Part shown: positions 39,313-51,970 of the stretch, one piece after another
How the letters are laid out: each line of letters starts with the position of its first letter
Numbering within the stretch: the first letter of the stretch is position 1
From: Octopus vulgaris
Lineage: Eukaryota
NCBI GenBank assembly: GCA_951406725.2
Contig: OX597817.1
Location: 169,756,001 to 169,820,000, forward strand
Length of the DNA: 64,000 nt
Direction of reading: 5' to 3'
The notes under the pieces: model-generated
Database searches by the model: none
Seen by the model: only the letters and a program-made list of their open reading frames with translations
What the model was told of the DNA's origin: nothing
Program-made: the position numbers and the translations under genes

Positions 39313-40372
39313 GACTGGTAGTTTCTAGAAACAAAAAGAAAGGAAATTGTGTTGCACCCAAGTTGCACCCCAAAAGTGTAAAGAAGCAACCAGTTCCCTT
39401 TACAAGTTTTACATTTGATAAAATAATCTGAATGCTGAATGGTTAAAGGTAAGCTCAGGAAAGCAAGAGATTAGTTGGGTAAACTATGAATACACTAAAC
39501 AAACTGAGAGAAGGCAAAGCAAACTGCTGTGAATCCTCATACTTTGGCATAAAGTTCCATAATCGCTGATTCCTACAGACTTGGTATATGAAAACAGAGA
39601 AAAATTCATTGTGAAATATTATATATAAGGAACATAAACAGGATGCCCAAAACACTTTTCATACCATTTTATTCTCAGTATGAAACATATAAATCAATGA
39701 AACTCTACAGAAGATTGAGAAATTGAGTAAAAGACCACATATTGTCAATGTATACGTATCTTGAAAGTCTTAGAAGGGAGATTTTTTTTCATTGATATCG
39801 ATAAACGATACTTGTATGATGTGATACTTTATTGATCATCAGTTGATGTAATCTGCTATCTATTATTGTAGAATAATAAAATTATTTTTATGAGTTTATT
39901 AACTTTATTCTGAAAAGTGATTTTAATAATGTATATACTTTGCCTCTTTGTGTGGACACCCAGGTTGTAAGATCCTAGCACAGAAATGCCCTATTTTTTT
40001 CATTGGTATTAGTTGTGTTGCTTATCCCCAGATTATCTCTCTGCTTGGGCTGATCCAATGTCAAAGGTGTTTCAGCTATGACCCTATAGCTAGGATGTGG
40101 TTCAAGGGAGATTTGACTGCTATTTCTGTTTGTCTTTCAGTGCATACATGTCCACGCAAATCCACATAAAATATGCACTGTGTATATTTTATGTACAACT
40201 AAAACCACACAACAACACAAATATACACACTTATGATAGAAGTGAGCAAACAATGTTAATATGTTATTTAGTACAACTGCAATCTTGGCCTCAATAAACC
40301 TTTGTGATTAATGCAGGCCAGCCAGCATGGAAGGCAGATGTTAAACAATAATGATGATGATGATATATCGTC

Positions 40373-40419
<47 letters not shown>

Positions 40420-40668
40420 AATATTAGGGAATAAATCCAAATTTACAGGGAAAAAATCAGATTTAGGATTAAATCCAATTTTATAGTAAAATATTATATA
40501 ATATTATTAGAGACAAAACCACTATTTTGCAAAACAAACAAGGAAAGACTTAATCAATACATAAAATTTTAATTTTTTAACTTTTTATTAAAATTTTATG
40601 TATTGATTAAGTCTTTCCTTGTTTGTTTTTACAAAACAGTGGTTTTGTCTCTAATAATATTATATATA
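40420..40668. mobile_element. TA-embedded fold-back remnant related to 20815-20990 and 17501-17575
   Basis: Shares attagagacaaaaccactatt...aaagacttaa with 20817 and ccaaatttacagggaaaaa with 17515. ~80-bp inverted arms centred near 40580. Confidence 0.65.
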
Positions 40669-40684
40669 TATATATATGTATATA

Positions 40685-40840
40685 TTATTTAAAAGCAACA
40701 GAAATATAACAAAAGGTGTTACTCAGAGTTTCACGTTCCCATTCGTCGGACAGTTTTGTTAAATAAAGCATATTACTCTACCTCTGGTATTTGAGTACTC
40801 TTTTTTCCACCTTATTTCACATTTATGTGCTTACTCCTGT
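40685..40840. mobile_element. Second copy of the same Penelope-like family, hammerhead part inverted
   Basis: Minus strand 40715-40757 reads ctgt CCGACGA atgggaacgt GAAA ctctgag TA acac. It is followed by the same 3' segment (aaataaagcatattactctacc...) as the 19650 copy. Lies in (TA)n. Confidence 0.7.
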
Positions 40841-40894
40841 ATATATATATATATCATCATCATCATCATCATCATTTAACGTCCGCTATATATA

Positions 40895-41659
40895 TCATCA
40901 TCATCATCATCGTTTAGCGTCCGTTTTCCATGCTAGCATGGGTTGGACGGGTCAACTGGGGTCTGTGAAGCTGGAAGGCTTCGTCAGGCCCAGTCAGATC
41001 TGGCAGTGTTTCTACGGCTGGATGCCCTTCCTAACGCCAACCACTCCGCAAGTGTAGTGGGTGTTTTTTACGTGCCACCTGCACAGGTGCCAGACAGAGC
41101 TGGCGAACGGCCACGAACGGATGGTGCTTTTACGTGTCACCGGCATGGGGCCAGGCGATGCTGGCAACGGACACGAACGGATGGTGCTTTTACGTGCCAC
41201 CGACACGGGGCCAGACAGAGCTGGCAACCGGCCACGAACGGACTGTGCTTTTACGTGTCACCGGCACGGGGGCCAGCCGAGGCTGGCAACGGACATGGAC
41301 GGATGGTGCTTTTACGTGCCACCAACACGGGGCCAGACAGAGCTGGCAAACGGCCACGAACGGATGGTGCTTTTATGTGCCACTGACACGGGGCCAGACA
41401 GAGCTGGCCAACGGCCACGAACGGACGGTGCTTTTACGTGTCACCGGCACGGGGCCAGGCGAGGCTGGCAACGAACACGAACGGATGGTGCTTTTACGTG
41501 CCACCGACACGGGGCCAGGCAGAGCGCTGGCAAACGGCCATGAGCGAATGGTGCTTTTACGTATCACCGGCACGGGTGCCAGACGAGGCTGACAGCGGAC
41601 ACGAACAGATGAGTCACTTAACCCCTGCTTTCTGATATATGATTTGATTTTGATTGTTC
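40895..41659 (-). mobile_element. 3' UTR of the RTE LINE with nine ~61-bp tandem units and a (GAT)n tail
   Basis: Contiguous with the ORF stop. Units approximate gtggcacgtaaaagcaccatccgttcgt...; terminus ccatgctagcatggaaaacggacgctaaac(gat)n. Confidence 0.85.
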
Positions 41660-42113
41660 TCACTGGTCTTGCCGGATCTTCTCACGCACAGCATACTTCC
41701 ATAGGTCTCGGTCTCTGGTCATTTCCTTGGTGAGACCTAGAGTTCGAAGGTCGTGCTTCACCACCTCGACCCAGGTTTTCCTGGGTCTACCTCTTCCACA
41801 GGTCCCCTCAACTGCCAGGGTGTGGCACTTTTTCACACACCTATCTTCATCCATTCTCACCACATGACCATACCAGCGCAATCGTCTCTCTTGCACACAA
41901 CATCTGATTCCTCTTAGGTCCAACTTTTCTCTCAAGGTACTTACACTCTGTCGACTATGAACACTGACATTACACATCCAACGGAGCATACTAGCTTCAT
42001 TTCTCGCGAGCTTACGCATGTCCTCAGCAGTCACAGCCCATGTTTCACTGCCATGTAGCATGGCTGTTCGTACACATGCATCATACAGTCTGCCTTTTAC
42101 TCTGAGCGAGAGG
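41660..42113 (-). mobile_element. 5'-truncated RTE-clade LINE, C-terminal end of the RT ORF
   Basis: Uninterrupted ORF with LHGSETW, RRLRWYGHVVRM, GRGRPRKTW and RDRDLW, typical of RTE C-termini. Confidence 0.92.
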
Positions 42114-43606
42114 CCATATATATATATATATATATTCACAAAGGTATTTATGATTGCATGTGTAGATGTGGTGTGTATATGGGTGTTGTTATTGTTACAT
42201 ACACCCGCTCACACATGCGTTGGCCCAAGAACAAAATTTGCTTAGTAAGTGCAAACCCAGGTCCCAATTTTTTTTATGAAAAATGTGGATTGTTTCAATG
42301 TTAACATTAAAACAAATGCAAATATAATGATAATTTTTATTATTATGAGGATTGACTGTTCATAGGCTGAGCAAGACACTCATAGAATATGATCGAATGA
42401 AGTTCATTTTTTAACATGATTCCTCTTACTGTCCACTCACTTCCATCAGTGTTGCAGTGCTGGAATCACATTGGTAAAGAAGCTATCCTGTTGGGTCAAA
42501 ATGGTCATCAACAGCATATAACATGTCATCATCACAGCGATACTGGTGCCCAGCCAAGTGTTTTTTCATGTTGGAAACAGATGATAATCAGATGAAACCA
42601 AATCGCTAAGATACAGAGGGTGATCAACCAGTTCAAAGCCAGCCATGCACAGCAGCCATTGAAACCAAAGATTTGTATGCTAAAGCATGGTCCTAATGAA
42701 ACAAGACCCCATTCATCAGTTTTTCTGAGCATTTGGTCTTGACAGCCTTTCATAACTGCCTTAGCAAGTTAGCATTGAACCTTCCATTGATGATGTGATC
42801 ATTTTGAAGATAGTCAATAAACACAATATTTTTTGCATTAACATATAGTATTTGTAATAATGTGAAGTATATTTTATATATTAAAATGTTTAATTTTGGA
42901 AATATATCAAGTGAAGCAAACATAAGCAGTAAAAATACAAATTGCGAGTATTTAAAAATGTTTGACAATACATGATGTAAACAAAAAAGGAAGAAATTAG
43001 TGGTGCTTGTGTTCCAAAGGTACGATGAGAGGGCTCAGGAGAAAGATAGAAAGATGAGTTAGAGGGAAGAAAGATAGATGGAAAGTGAAAAGGTGGACTA
43101 GGTGTCTGGAATGCTTGGCAGGAGATGAAACAAAATACATATCTTACCTATGCACTGGTCAAGTAGAAAAAGGACGAGTGATAAAAAATTGAATGGTATT
43201 TTGGTATGAAGATGTGAAGAAAGAGAGACAGAATGGAGCAGAGAAAGTTTGAGAAAAGCAAGTACAAAGAAAGAGGGAATGCAGAGTGAAAAGGGAATAA
43301 AGATAGACAGTAGGTAATTGACAGAGATGGACAGAGGAAGAAATGGAAGGCAGTAAAGAGAGAAAAGTAGCAGATAGGTAGAGAAGCAGATAGAAATAGA
43401 TGGGGAAGGTTTTGTGCACAAGAGGAGAGGAGAAGAACAGAGAAAAAGATAGAAAAAAGAGATAATCTTGTACCAAATATTAACCACTGTGTGGGGTGCC
43501 ACTGAGTGGGAACAGAAGTAGGCTGTGTGACATTACATTGCCCTAATAGCCATAAAATGTTACACACAAAGTCGACATACACACACAATTATATATGTAT
43601 ACATAC

Positions 43607-43651
<45 letters not shown>

Positions 43652-43659
43652 CACATATA

Positions 43660-44913
43660 TTGGGCCATCTCATAAATAATGTGGTTCTTTCAATTGCATG
43701 AACTAAAATGTCAAAGGTGGGTGGGATAAACTACCTGCATCATCTTGCTATAAAAGCAGATAGTAATTTTACCTTGTACTTATTCTTAGTGCAAGTTTTG
43801 TAGAGTGCAGTTTAATTTTAACAGTTATTTTTTCAAAGCTATAATGGAAGTGACAAAGGAGCATATTTGGCATATTTTGCTTTATGAGTTCAATAAAAGC
43901 AACGATGCAACAGAAAGTGCAAGGAATATTAATGCAGTATATGGGGATTGGATAATAAGCATAAGCCAGTGTCAATGGTGGTTCCAGAAACCCGAGCCAG
44001 AAACTACAGCCTAGAAGACAAGCCTCATCCTGGAAGATCTGTAGAGCTCGACGAGGACGTCCAGCAAACCCTGGTGGAACAAAATTCTATGGTAACTGTT
44101 GAGGAAAAAGCAGAGAAGCTTGGATTTTGTCATTCAACCATTCATCGACACCTGTGTGCCATCGGAAAAGTCAGTAAATTGAGTCAATGGGTTCCTCGCA
44201 AACTTTCCAAGTCTAACCATGTGTAGAGTGTGAATGTGTGCTCTTCTTTGCTGTTACATCTCACGAATGAACAACCTTGTTTGGACTGAATAGTGAATGT
44301 TGATGAAAAATGGGTTCTCTATAAAAATGTCAAGCACCAAAGACAGTGGGTAGGGAAAGGAGAAACACTGGCACCTCAGGCTAAAGAAGGTTTTCACCCA
44401 CAAGGTGTTGTTATCTGTCTGGTGGGATATGAAAGGTTTAGTCCACTTTGAACTTTTAAACCCAAACCAAATGATAACAAAGATCTACTGTAAGCAGCTT
44501 GAGCAGCTTATGTCAGCGCTAGAAGAAAAACAGCCATCTTTGATTTCAAGATGAAAGGTGTTCTTCCATCAGGATAATGCTTGGCCACATACAGCAAGGA
44601 TGACATCCCAAAGGCTGGAGCAGTTTGAATGGGAAACAGTGCCCCATCTGATTATCATTTATACCGCAGTCTTCAAAATCATTTGGACAGAAAAAATATG
44701 AATTCTGTAAACAAGGTCAGAACAGTACTGGAGAAGTACTTTTCCTCACAGATAAGTGAATTTTGGAAAAGGGGCCTTGCAAGTCTACCAGATAGATGAA
44801 AGTTCATTGTAGAGAATGAAGGAGAGTATATTTTAGATTAAAAAAGAACCTTGTTTATCTTAATTTTGAAAACTAAAAATATAAAAATCTGCATTATTTA
44901 TGGGATGACCCAA
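43660..44913 (+). mobile_element. Full-length decayed mariner (Tc1/mariner) transposon
   Basis: TIRs ttgggccatctcataaataatg / cattatttatgggatgacccaa with TA flanks. Transposase pseudogene ~43843-44841 with WVPRKL, DEKW, HQDNA, PSDYHL and GEYILD*, broken by frameshifts and stops. Confidence 0.93.
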
Positions 44914-44948
44914 TATATATATATATACATATACATATATACATACAT

Positions 44949-44979
<31 letters not shown>

Positions 44980-45572
44980 CAGAACACTTAGCATTGTAGG
45001 TGTTCTAACACCCTCTGTCATATCTAATATATATATTTAACACACTCACACAGTGAAACAGATAAAGTGATTAAAAAATTGCACAAAAGGTAGCAATTTG
45101 AAAAACGATATACAAGTGGTGGAGGAGGGTGGCAGTGGGTACAGTGGTGGTGGCGTAAGATGTGTGTCTTGGGGTTGGCTGGTGTTGCTTGAACGAATTG
45201 CATGTTTTGTTCCAGGTAAATGAGTGAAATTGCAGTTACTGCATATGCATATTATCTTGGAGAAAACTGGCATATTTTGGGGTATCATGCATTTATAGAC
45301 TTTATTTTATTTACAGTTGGCAGATTTTTCATGGAGCAGTGAGGTATACATTCAAATTGAGGTGGACAGTGGTGGGAAGAAAGGGATGGCAGTAGTAGTG
45401 GCTATGGTTGTAACAGTAGAATATTAAGGCAATGATGATAATGATGATAGTTCAATTGTAATATTCAGAGAAAATGAAGAATGTGGATAGCGAAGCCTTT
45501 TCATTGTTGAGTTTAAGAGATCATCAATTGTTCTAGTTTAGAGGAGTGACCCTGCTGCTGGTGTCATTGCTG

Positions 45573-45611
<39 letters not shown>

Positions 45612-45614
<3 letters not shown>

Positions 45615-45852
45615 TCATCATCATCATCGTTTAACGTCCGTTCTCCATGCTAGCATGGGTTGGACGGTTTGACCAGGGATCTGGGAAGCCAGAAGGCTGC
45701 ACCAGGCTCCAGTCTTATCTGGCAATGTTTCTACAGCTGGATGCCCTTCCTAACGCCAACCACTCCGTGAGTGTAGTGGGTGCTTTTTACGTGCCACTCA
45801 CACAGGTGCCAGGCGAGGCTGGCAACGGCCACGGTCAGATTGGTGCATTTTA

Positions 45853-45858
<6 letters not shown>
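45612..45858 (-). mobile_element. RTE 3'-UTR copy inserted in (TA)n
   Basis: Same terminus; (TA)n on both sides. Confidence 0.8.
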
Positions 45859-45892
<34 letters not shown>

Positions 45893-46482
45893 TTTTAGTT
45901 TAAATGTTGATGGTGCTATAATTCAGTTGCGTAACTTTCTAGAAAATTCTCTTGGGAATGTTATGACCAGCTTCATCAGTAAACATTTTGGACTTTGTTC
46001 TTGTTTTGAGAAGAAACCTAACTTCAAGCAACTTTTCACAGATCAATTTTTAGACACTATTTTCTAAACCTGGCAAAGTGTGTAAGGGGTGTCAATTTTG
46101 ATTTTGTACCTCTGAAAAACTTTAGGGGATGCAAGTGCACCACCTGCACCTCCTGTTCCCAGGCCCTTGCATCTAACTGCACCACACAAACTCCCACACA
46201 AGGATATTATAACCTGTGGCCCACAAACATACTGTTTCCTATTTTCCACTTGTATCACTGCCATAAAAGCCTCTGCTCCTCTGAAAATAGTTCATTGTAT
46301 ACTACCTACACTCAAGCCTACCAAAAACATTGTTTTTTTTTTTGTTTTTGTCCACATTTGTCATCCAAACTGCATCTTCTCCTCCCCCTCCAAGAACAAA
46401 CTTGTAGGAAAGTTATGTTTAAAAGTTTTATGCTTATCCTCTGCCCCGAAATTGCTGGCCTTGTGCCAAAATGTGAAACCAT

Positions 46483-46553
46483 TACTACTACTACTACTAC
46501 CACTACTACTACTACTGCTACTACTACTGCTGCTGCTGCTGCTACTACTACTA

Positions 46554-46588
<35 letters not shown>

Positions 46589-46611
46589 ACTACTACTACT
46601 ACTACTACTAT

Positions 46612-46648
<37 letters not shown>

Positions 46649-46670
46649 ACTACTACTACTACTACTACTA
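46483..46670. repeat. (ACT)n/(GCT)n compound microsatellite
   Basis: Seen directly. Confidence 0.95.
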
Positions 46671-47142
46671 CATGAGTAAGCGAAAACAGGGTATTGTAAT
46701 CACTCATCTTTGTGTGTTTTGCAAATTACTGGAAAATGGCTGAACGAATTTTCACCATAATTGGCAGAAATACTTGTTGGCTGAGTGGTTTGAAATGATG
46801 AACATTTTGTTTGATACATAGATACGTGACTCTGTGTGTGTGGTGTGTGTGTGTACACGTATGGACTTGAGGGGTTCGTCTATTTACAAGTTGATATCTT
46901 CATTTCACCAGAGTATAAATACTTATAATGGTGATACTTAAAAGAAAAAATCAATTCAGTTCAGTTAAAAAGCATAGGTAAGCAATGCATTGTAAGTCAT
47001 ACTATAATTTGTGAAAATATATGTGCAGGGTATGCATTGCCCTTCCATTGCCTGTTTTTCATTATTATTATTGTTGTTGTTGTTGTTGTTACTATTATTA
47101 TTATTATCATTATTATTATTATTATTATTACTATTATTATTA

Positions 47143-47390
47143 TGACACGTAAAAGCACCATCCGTTTGTGGCCGTTTGCCAGCCTCGTCTGGCACCTGTG
47201 CGGGTGGCACGTAAAAAGCACCCACTACACTCGCGGAGTGGTTGGCGTTAGGAAGGGCATCCAGCCGTAGAAACACTGCCAGATCTGACTGGGCCTGATG
47301 AAGCCTTCCGGCTTCACAGACCCCAGTTGAACCGTCCAACCCATGCTAGCATGGAGAACGGACGCTAAATGATGATGATGATGATGATGA
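47143..47390 (+). mobile_element. RTE 3'-UTR copy
   Basis: Same terminus and units. Confidence 0.8.
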
Positions 47391-47659
47391 TTACTGTTTT
47401 ACTTCTCAGAACGTTCGGTCTTGTTTGTTCTTGAGGATTCTGTGACAGCAGACAGCAGCCTGCAGTCCAGAGGTCTTACAGGGTCACTTTCCGCACATTA
47501 TAAGCTTTGATACTTGATTGTCAATTATCATGGGAGACATTCAATATTGAAGTACTAATCTCAAAATCTTAGCTGTCCCAAACAGAGCAGTTTTTTGGGC
47601 TTGCTCTGCTCTCTTGTCACTTCTGATTTCTTTGACATATTTCTTGAACTTGGCTGTTA

Positions 47660-48465
47660 GTGCTCCAAGTGCCCCTACAACTATTTGTTTCTTCCATTTT
47701 TCAGCAAATAATGGATATAATGCTGAGTGACTGTAATTTTGCTATCACCTATTTAGATGATATTCTAATAACTAGTGAATCACATGAACAACATGTAGAA
47801 CATGTTAAAAGAGTATTTGAGAAGATTAGAGAATGCAGTTTCAAGTTAAACGTAAGAAAAATGCGAGTTCTTTATGAAAAAAATTAAATACTTAGGCCAG
47901 ATAATAGGTAGAAACAGATGGCAACTGGATCGATCCAGAGCAACTGCGATAAAAAGTATACCCATGCAGAATAATGTGACTATGCTACAAGCATTCTTGG
48001 GTTTAGTAAATTATTATCAAATTTACATTCCCAATGACCAGTTAAAGAAAAATACAAAGTGGTGTTGGACTGATAAGTGCCAGAAGGCATTTAATGAGTT
48101 AAAAAGCATTCTAACATCGGATTTATCGTTAACATATTTTGATCCAAAGTTGGATATTATATTGGTTACAGAAGTGAGTGAGTATGGCGTAGGAGCCATA
48201 CTCACAATATGATGATGAGTATGATGATGGGAGTGCACAAATATGATGATGGGAGTGAAAAGGCTATAGCCCATGCATCCCGATCATTATTACCCGCTGA
48301 AAGGTAATAGAAAAGGAAGAGCTAGCAATCATATTTGGTGTGTAAAAATTCCATAGATTTATCCATGAAGAAGTTTCTGTCTACAAATGGATCATCACCA
48401 ACTACTGTCAATATACGGTTCTAAAAAAGGAATACCAATACACACAGTAAATAGACTACAACTGT
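47660..48465 (+). pseudogene. Ty3/Gypsy pol remnant (RT-RNase H)
   Basis: IFQQIMD, YLDDILI, KYLGQII, FLGLVNYY, YGVGAIL and IAHASRSL, with frameshifts. A further fragment probably lies near 49030-49255. Confidence 0.88.
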
Positions 48466-49269
48466 AGCGAGTCAGGAGAGATCTATTTTGTTGTTGTGGC
48501 ATAGTTCAGTTGTGCTGTGGCAGGCTCCAGCCAATCAGGGCTGGAGGAGTATGAATAAAAAATGGCAGTGATCTGCCTTAACAGTAAAGCAGCAGTTTCA
48601 AACTAGTTGATGAATAGATGGCCTAGAAGCAACATCTCTTTCTTTGACATGCAATGATTTTTGTGTTTGCCACCAACTTCATGCAACGGGAATGATATCA
48701 GTTTCAACTCTGCCTCAAAATAACTGGTACATTCTTGTTCTTATTAGCTTACAATGGCTTCCACATAACCCTTCTGTGTTAAAAGTAAGTTATGAGATTT
48801 TTCCTGTCTCGCATACTCATGCAGATGATTCACATACACATTAATCATTGTCACTACTGGCCAGCACCTATTTTATCTAAATAAAGTTTAAATGACCTGC
48901 CTTCTGAACATTCTTTATTTACACTTATTAAAAGCACACTGCAATAGATTCTCTTACAGACACTCTTCATAAAGCACTCCCTCTAAATTAATGACCATTC
49001 ACACTAAATTGGTAACCCACTAAACAATGCTGGAGCACATTATTGAATCATGACTACAAAATGGAATATTTACTGTCAAAAAAACTAGGGCATGTGGATG
49101 GTTTGTCCAGACAGATACCGAAACACTGTGAACCATTTGAAGATATGGTAAGTGCAGCTTTAAGAACAGAGAGACAAATAAAAAATATGTGGTATGTGAA
49201 TTACCAGTAACCCTAAAAGACATAAAGAAAAATGTGGTAAAGGACAAATTCATAACAGATTACATGATT

Positions 49270-50500
49270 GCAGCCTGATTTGACCTTATCAATGATAGAT
49301 ACCAAACAGCTGAAAATAGCAGCAACTGCCGTGCTAGCAATATACATAGAAATACAGAGCCAAAACAATTGAGAAGAAAGAGTGGACAATTATCAAAGAG
49401 TAAATAAGAAAGCAGAGAGACATTCTTATGAGATCAGTAGCTCTTGAATTTCTGGTACAAACAAAATTGGGTCTTAAGAGACATCATGAAGGACTGGAGA
49501 ACAAAACTGAAACTGGATGTGATGATTCCCAAACCAGAGGGAATTTGTGGGTGGCAGTAGAATTCCTTTCAAAATATGACCTCTGTCTTGAAAGAACATC
49601 TTTGGACTAAGATCAGTGACACACGAATGTCCTTCTGCTTTCTTATTTTCTATTTGATAATCGTCCACTCTTCCTTGTCAATTGTTTCCCTTTGATAAAT
49701 TCTGACCTCAATTTCTATCCGCTGTGCAAACACCATGCAATGTACTTGACTTGGTTCATGCTCTTTGATTTTGGGGATTGAATCGTCAATAGTTAATCAA
49801 CTCATTATCAGAAGTGAAACATGATTTGCTTCATTGTGCAAATAACGAACAACAAAAGCAATGCAATAAATTATTAGAAGGAAAATAAATTCCCCATGTC
49901 TAAATCAGATTTTCTTCATTCCATAAAATCATGAGACAATCTTTCTAATTTCTCCTTTACATTTTTCAACCTCAAAGTACTATCATTTCTTGTCACCTTC
50001 ACCTCAGAAAAATTCCTATTCAGATGCTGAACAATGGAGCTACTTTGTTGGACTAAGATCATAAATAGATCATCATTTATAATTTCTGGCCACAAACCAG
50101 CACCTTTCAGTTCATCTGCTGAGGTTTTGTCTAAACCATTTTTCTTATTATTATGAACAGATCCATCTTTATGTTTGTCATCTGAAATAAATGATGAAAT
50201 GACTAGAATTGTATTCCCTTTTACCTGAACCATTGTGAAGGGTTTGATGACATTAAAGGTTCTGATGGACCCTATTGTCACTTTGAGCAACTCAAAAGTC
50301 TGTCATCATCTTAATTAATATCTTTCACATTCACAAATATAGTGTATCATCATTTTGTTGTGGAATTCCATGTTCATTTTTATTTCGTTTTCCAATAACT
50401 TATTTCAACAATGACCCTTTATTTTGCTTCTGTAATTCATCCTTTTCTCTCTTTCGCTTCTCAGATGAAGCTCCTCTTTATCTAGTTTGTATTTGCTTCA
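49270..50500. pseudogene. Scrambled hAT (ZMYM1/TTF-type) transposase fragments on both strands
   Basis: Plus strand ALEFL...GNLWVAVEFLSKYD (DUF4371-like). Minus strand W-x-IY...LHCFCCSLF zinc-finger-like segment near 49840-49900. Confidence 0.55.
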
Positions 50501-50995
50501 TCTTTAGTCAGAAGTAAACATTTTAAAAAATACTAAAAACATCATAAAAATAATACACAAAAAGAACATGCTGCTGGAAGAAGGAGTTTTGTCCCAATAT
50601 ATTTTATACTATATTGTACCTTGATGCCAATCTTGGTCAAAATTAAAAGACTTGGTTGCTCTGTGTTGTCTGCACACCTTGTGCCACATTATTGTACAGA
50701 GATGTTCTCAGCCATTTGGCTGGTTAGAGCCAGGTTTTGCTTATCCTGTCAAATGTTACTATTTGCCTCTCCCACTTGTCCCCATTTTCTGCCTCTCCCT
50801 TCTCTCTTTCAGGTAAACCTTGACATTATATTAATGCCAAGCTGCTACAACAGGTGAATAAACACACATAGCTAATGCACATAAATTTATTCTACACTTG
50901 AATGAGTTCTCTATATTTCATCTGATGTATTCAGGTTTTTAATATTGGTAAATAAAAATTTTATATATTTTTTAATTAATATTTATAAATTGCGT

Positions 50996-51234
50996 GGAGG
51001 CGCAATGGCCCAGTGGTTAGGGCAGCGGACTTGCGGTCGGAGGATCGCGGTTTCGATTCCCAGACCGGGCGTTGTGTGTGTTTATTGAGCGAAAACACCT
51101 AAAAGCTCCACGAGGCTCCGGCAGGGGGTGGTGGTGATCCCTGCTGTACTCTTTCACCACTCTAAAGGCGGTGCTCCAGCATGGCCGCAGTCAAATGACT
51201 GGAACAAGTACAAAAAAAAAAAAAAAAAAAAAAA
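50996..51234 (+). mobile_element. Chimeric SINE: ggaggcgcaa head joined to the tail of the gcaggagtgg family, then poly(A)
   Basis: Junction ...caccactctaaaggcggtgctccagcatgg... Confidence 0.8.
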
Positions 51235-51672
51235 TGACAACAATCTGGTAGAACTGCAGGGCAAAATGCTTAGCTGAATTTCATCCGTCTTTATGTTCTG
51301 AGCTAAAATTCCTGGGTGTTATGACCTACAGCCATATTGTATTATTTGTTCCTTTCTTACGGGCAGAATTGGCTACAAACTCCCAGTGTTTCTCTATCAC
51401 ATGGGATTTCAGATATGCATAGAATTGTACTGAAATAGCAGACATAAAAAATATCAGCCCACCACCACAAAATCCGACATGCTAGAAACAACAGGTAAAT
51501 GACATTATTTCTGAAGAAACTTCTCTGCTTTCCAAAAAGCTAAAAGTGAAACATTGGAAGTTTGTAGCTTTTTGAAAGTGGTGAGGTGATGTGTGGATAT
51601 TAGGGAAGAAGATTTTAGGGTTTCTTTAAAAAAAAAAGGAAGAAGAAACTTCTTGAAGATTCATTAATGGAA

Positions 51673-51970
51673 GGCGGCGAGCTTGCAGAAACGTTAGCAC
51701 GCCAGGCGAAATACTTAGCGGTATTTTTCATTTCGGGTGGTGAGCTGCCTAAATTTGTCTTCTATAAACTCAAAGAGAACTGATATTTCGTCTGCATTAC
51801 GTTGTGAGTTCAAATTCCGCCGAGGTCGACTTTGCCTTTCATCCTTTTGGGGTCGATAAATTAAGTACCAGTTACGCATTGGGGTCGATGTAATCGACTT
51901 AATACCTATGTCTGTCCTTGTTTGTCCTCTCTGTGTTTAGCCCCTTGTGGGTAGTAAAGAAATAGGTATT
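51673..51970 (+). mobile_element. Same SINE family, interrupted by a copy of its own downstream flank
   Basis: Head ggcggcgagc..., insert ~51726-51784, then the remainder of the SINE. Confidence 0.8.

Noticed and set aside
40943-41663. Repetitive MVLLRATGTG / DGAFTCHRHG protein ORFs
   Set aside because: They are frames across the ~61-bp LINE UTR array, shifting frame each unit and recurring in many copies.
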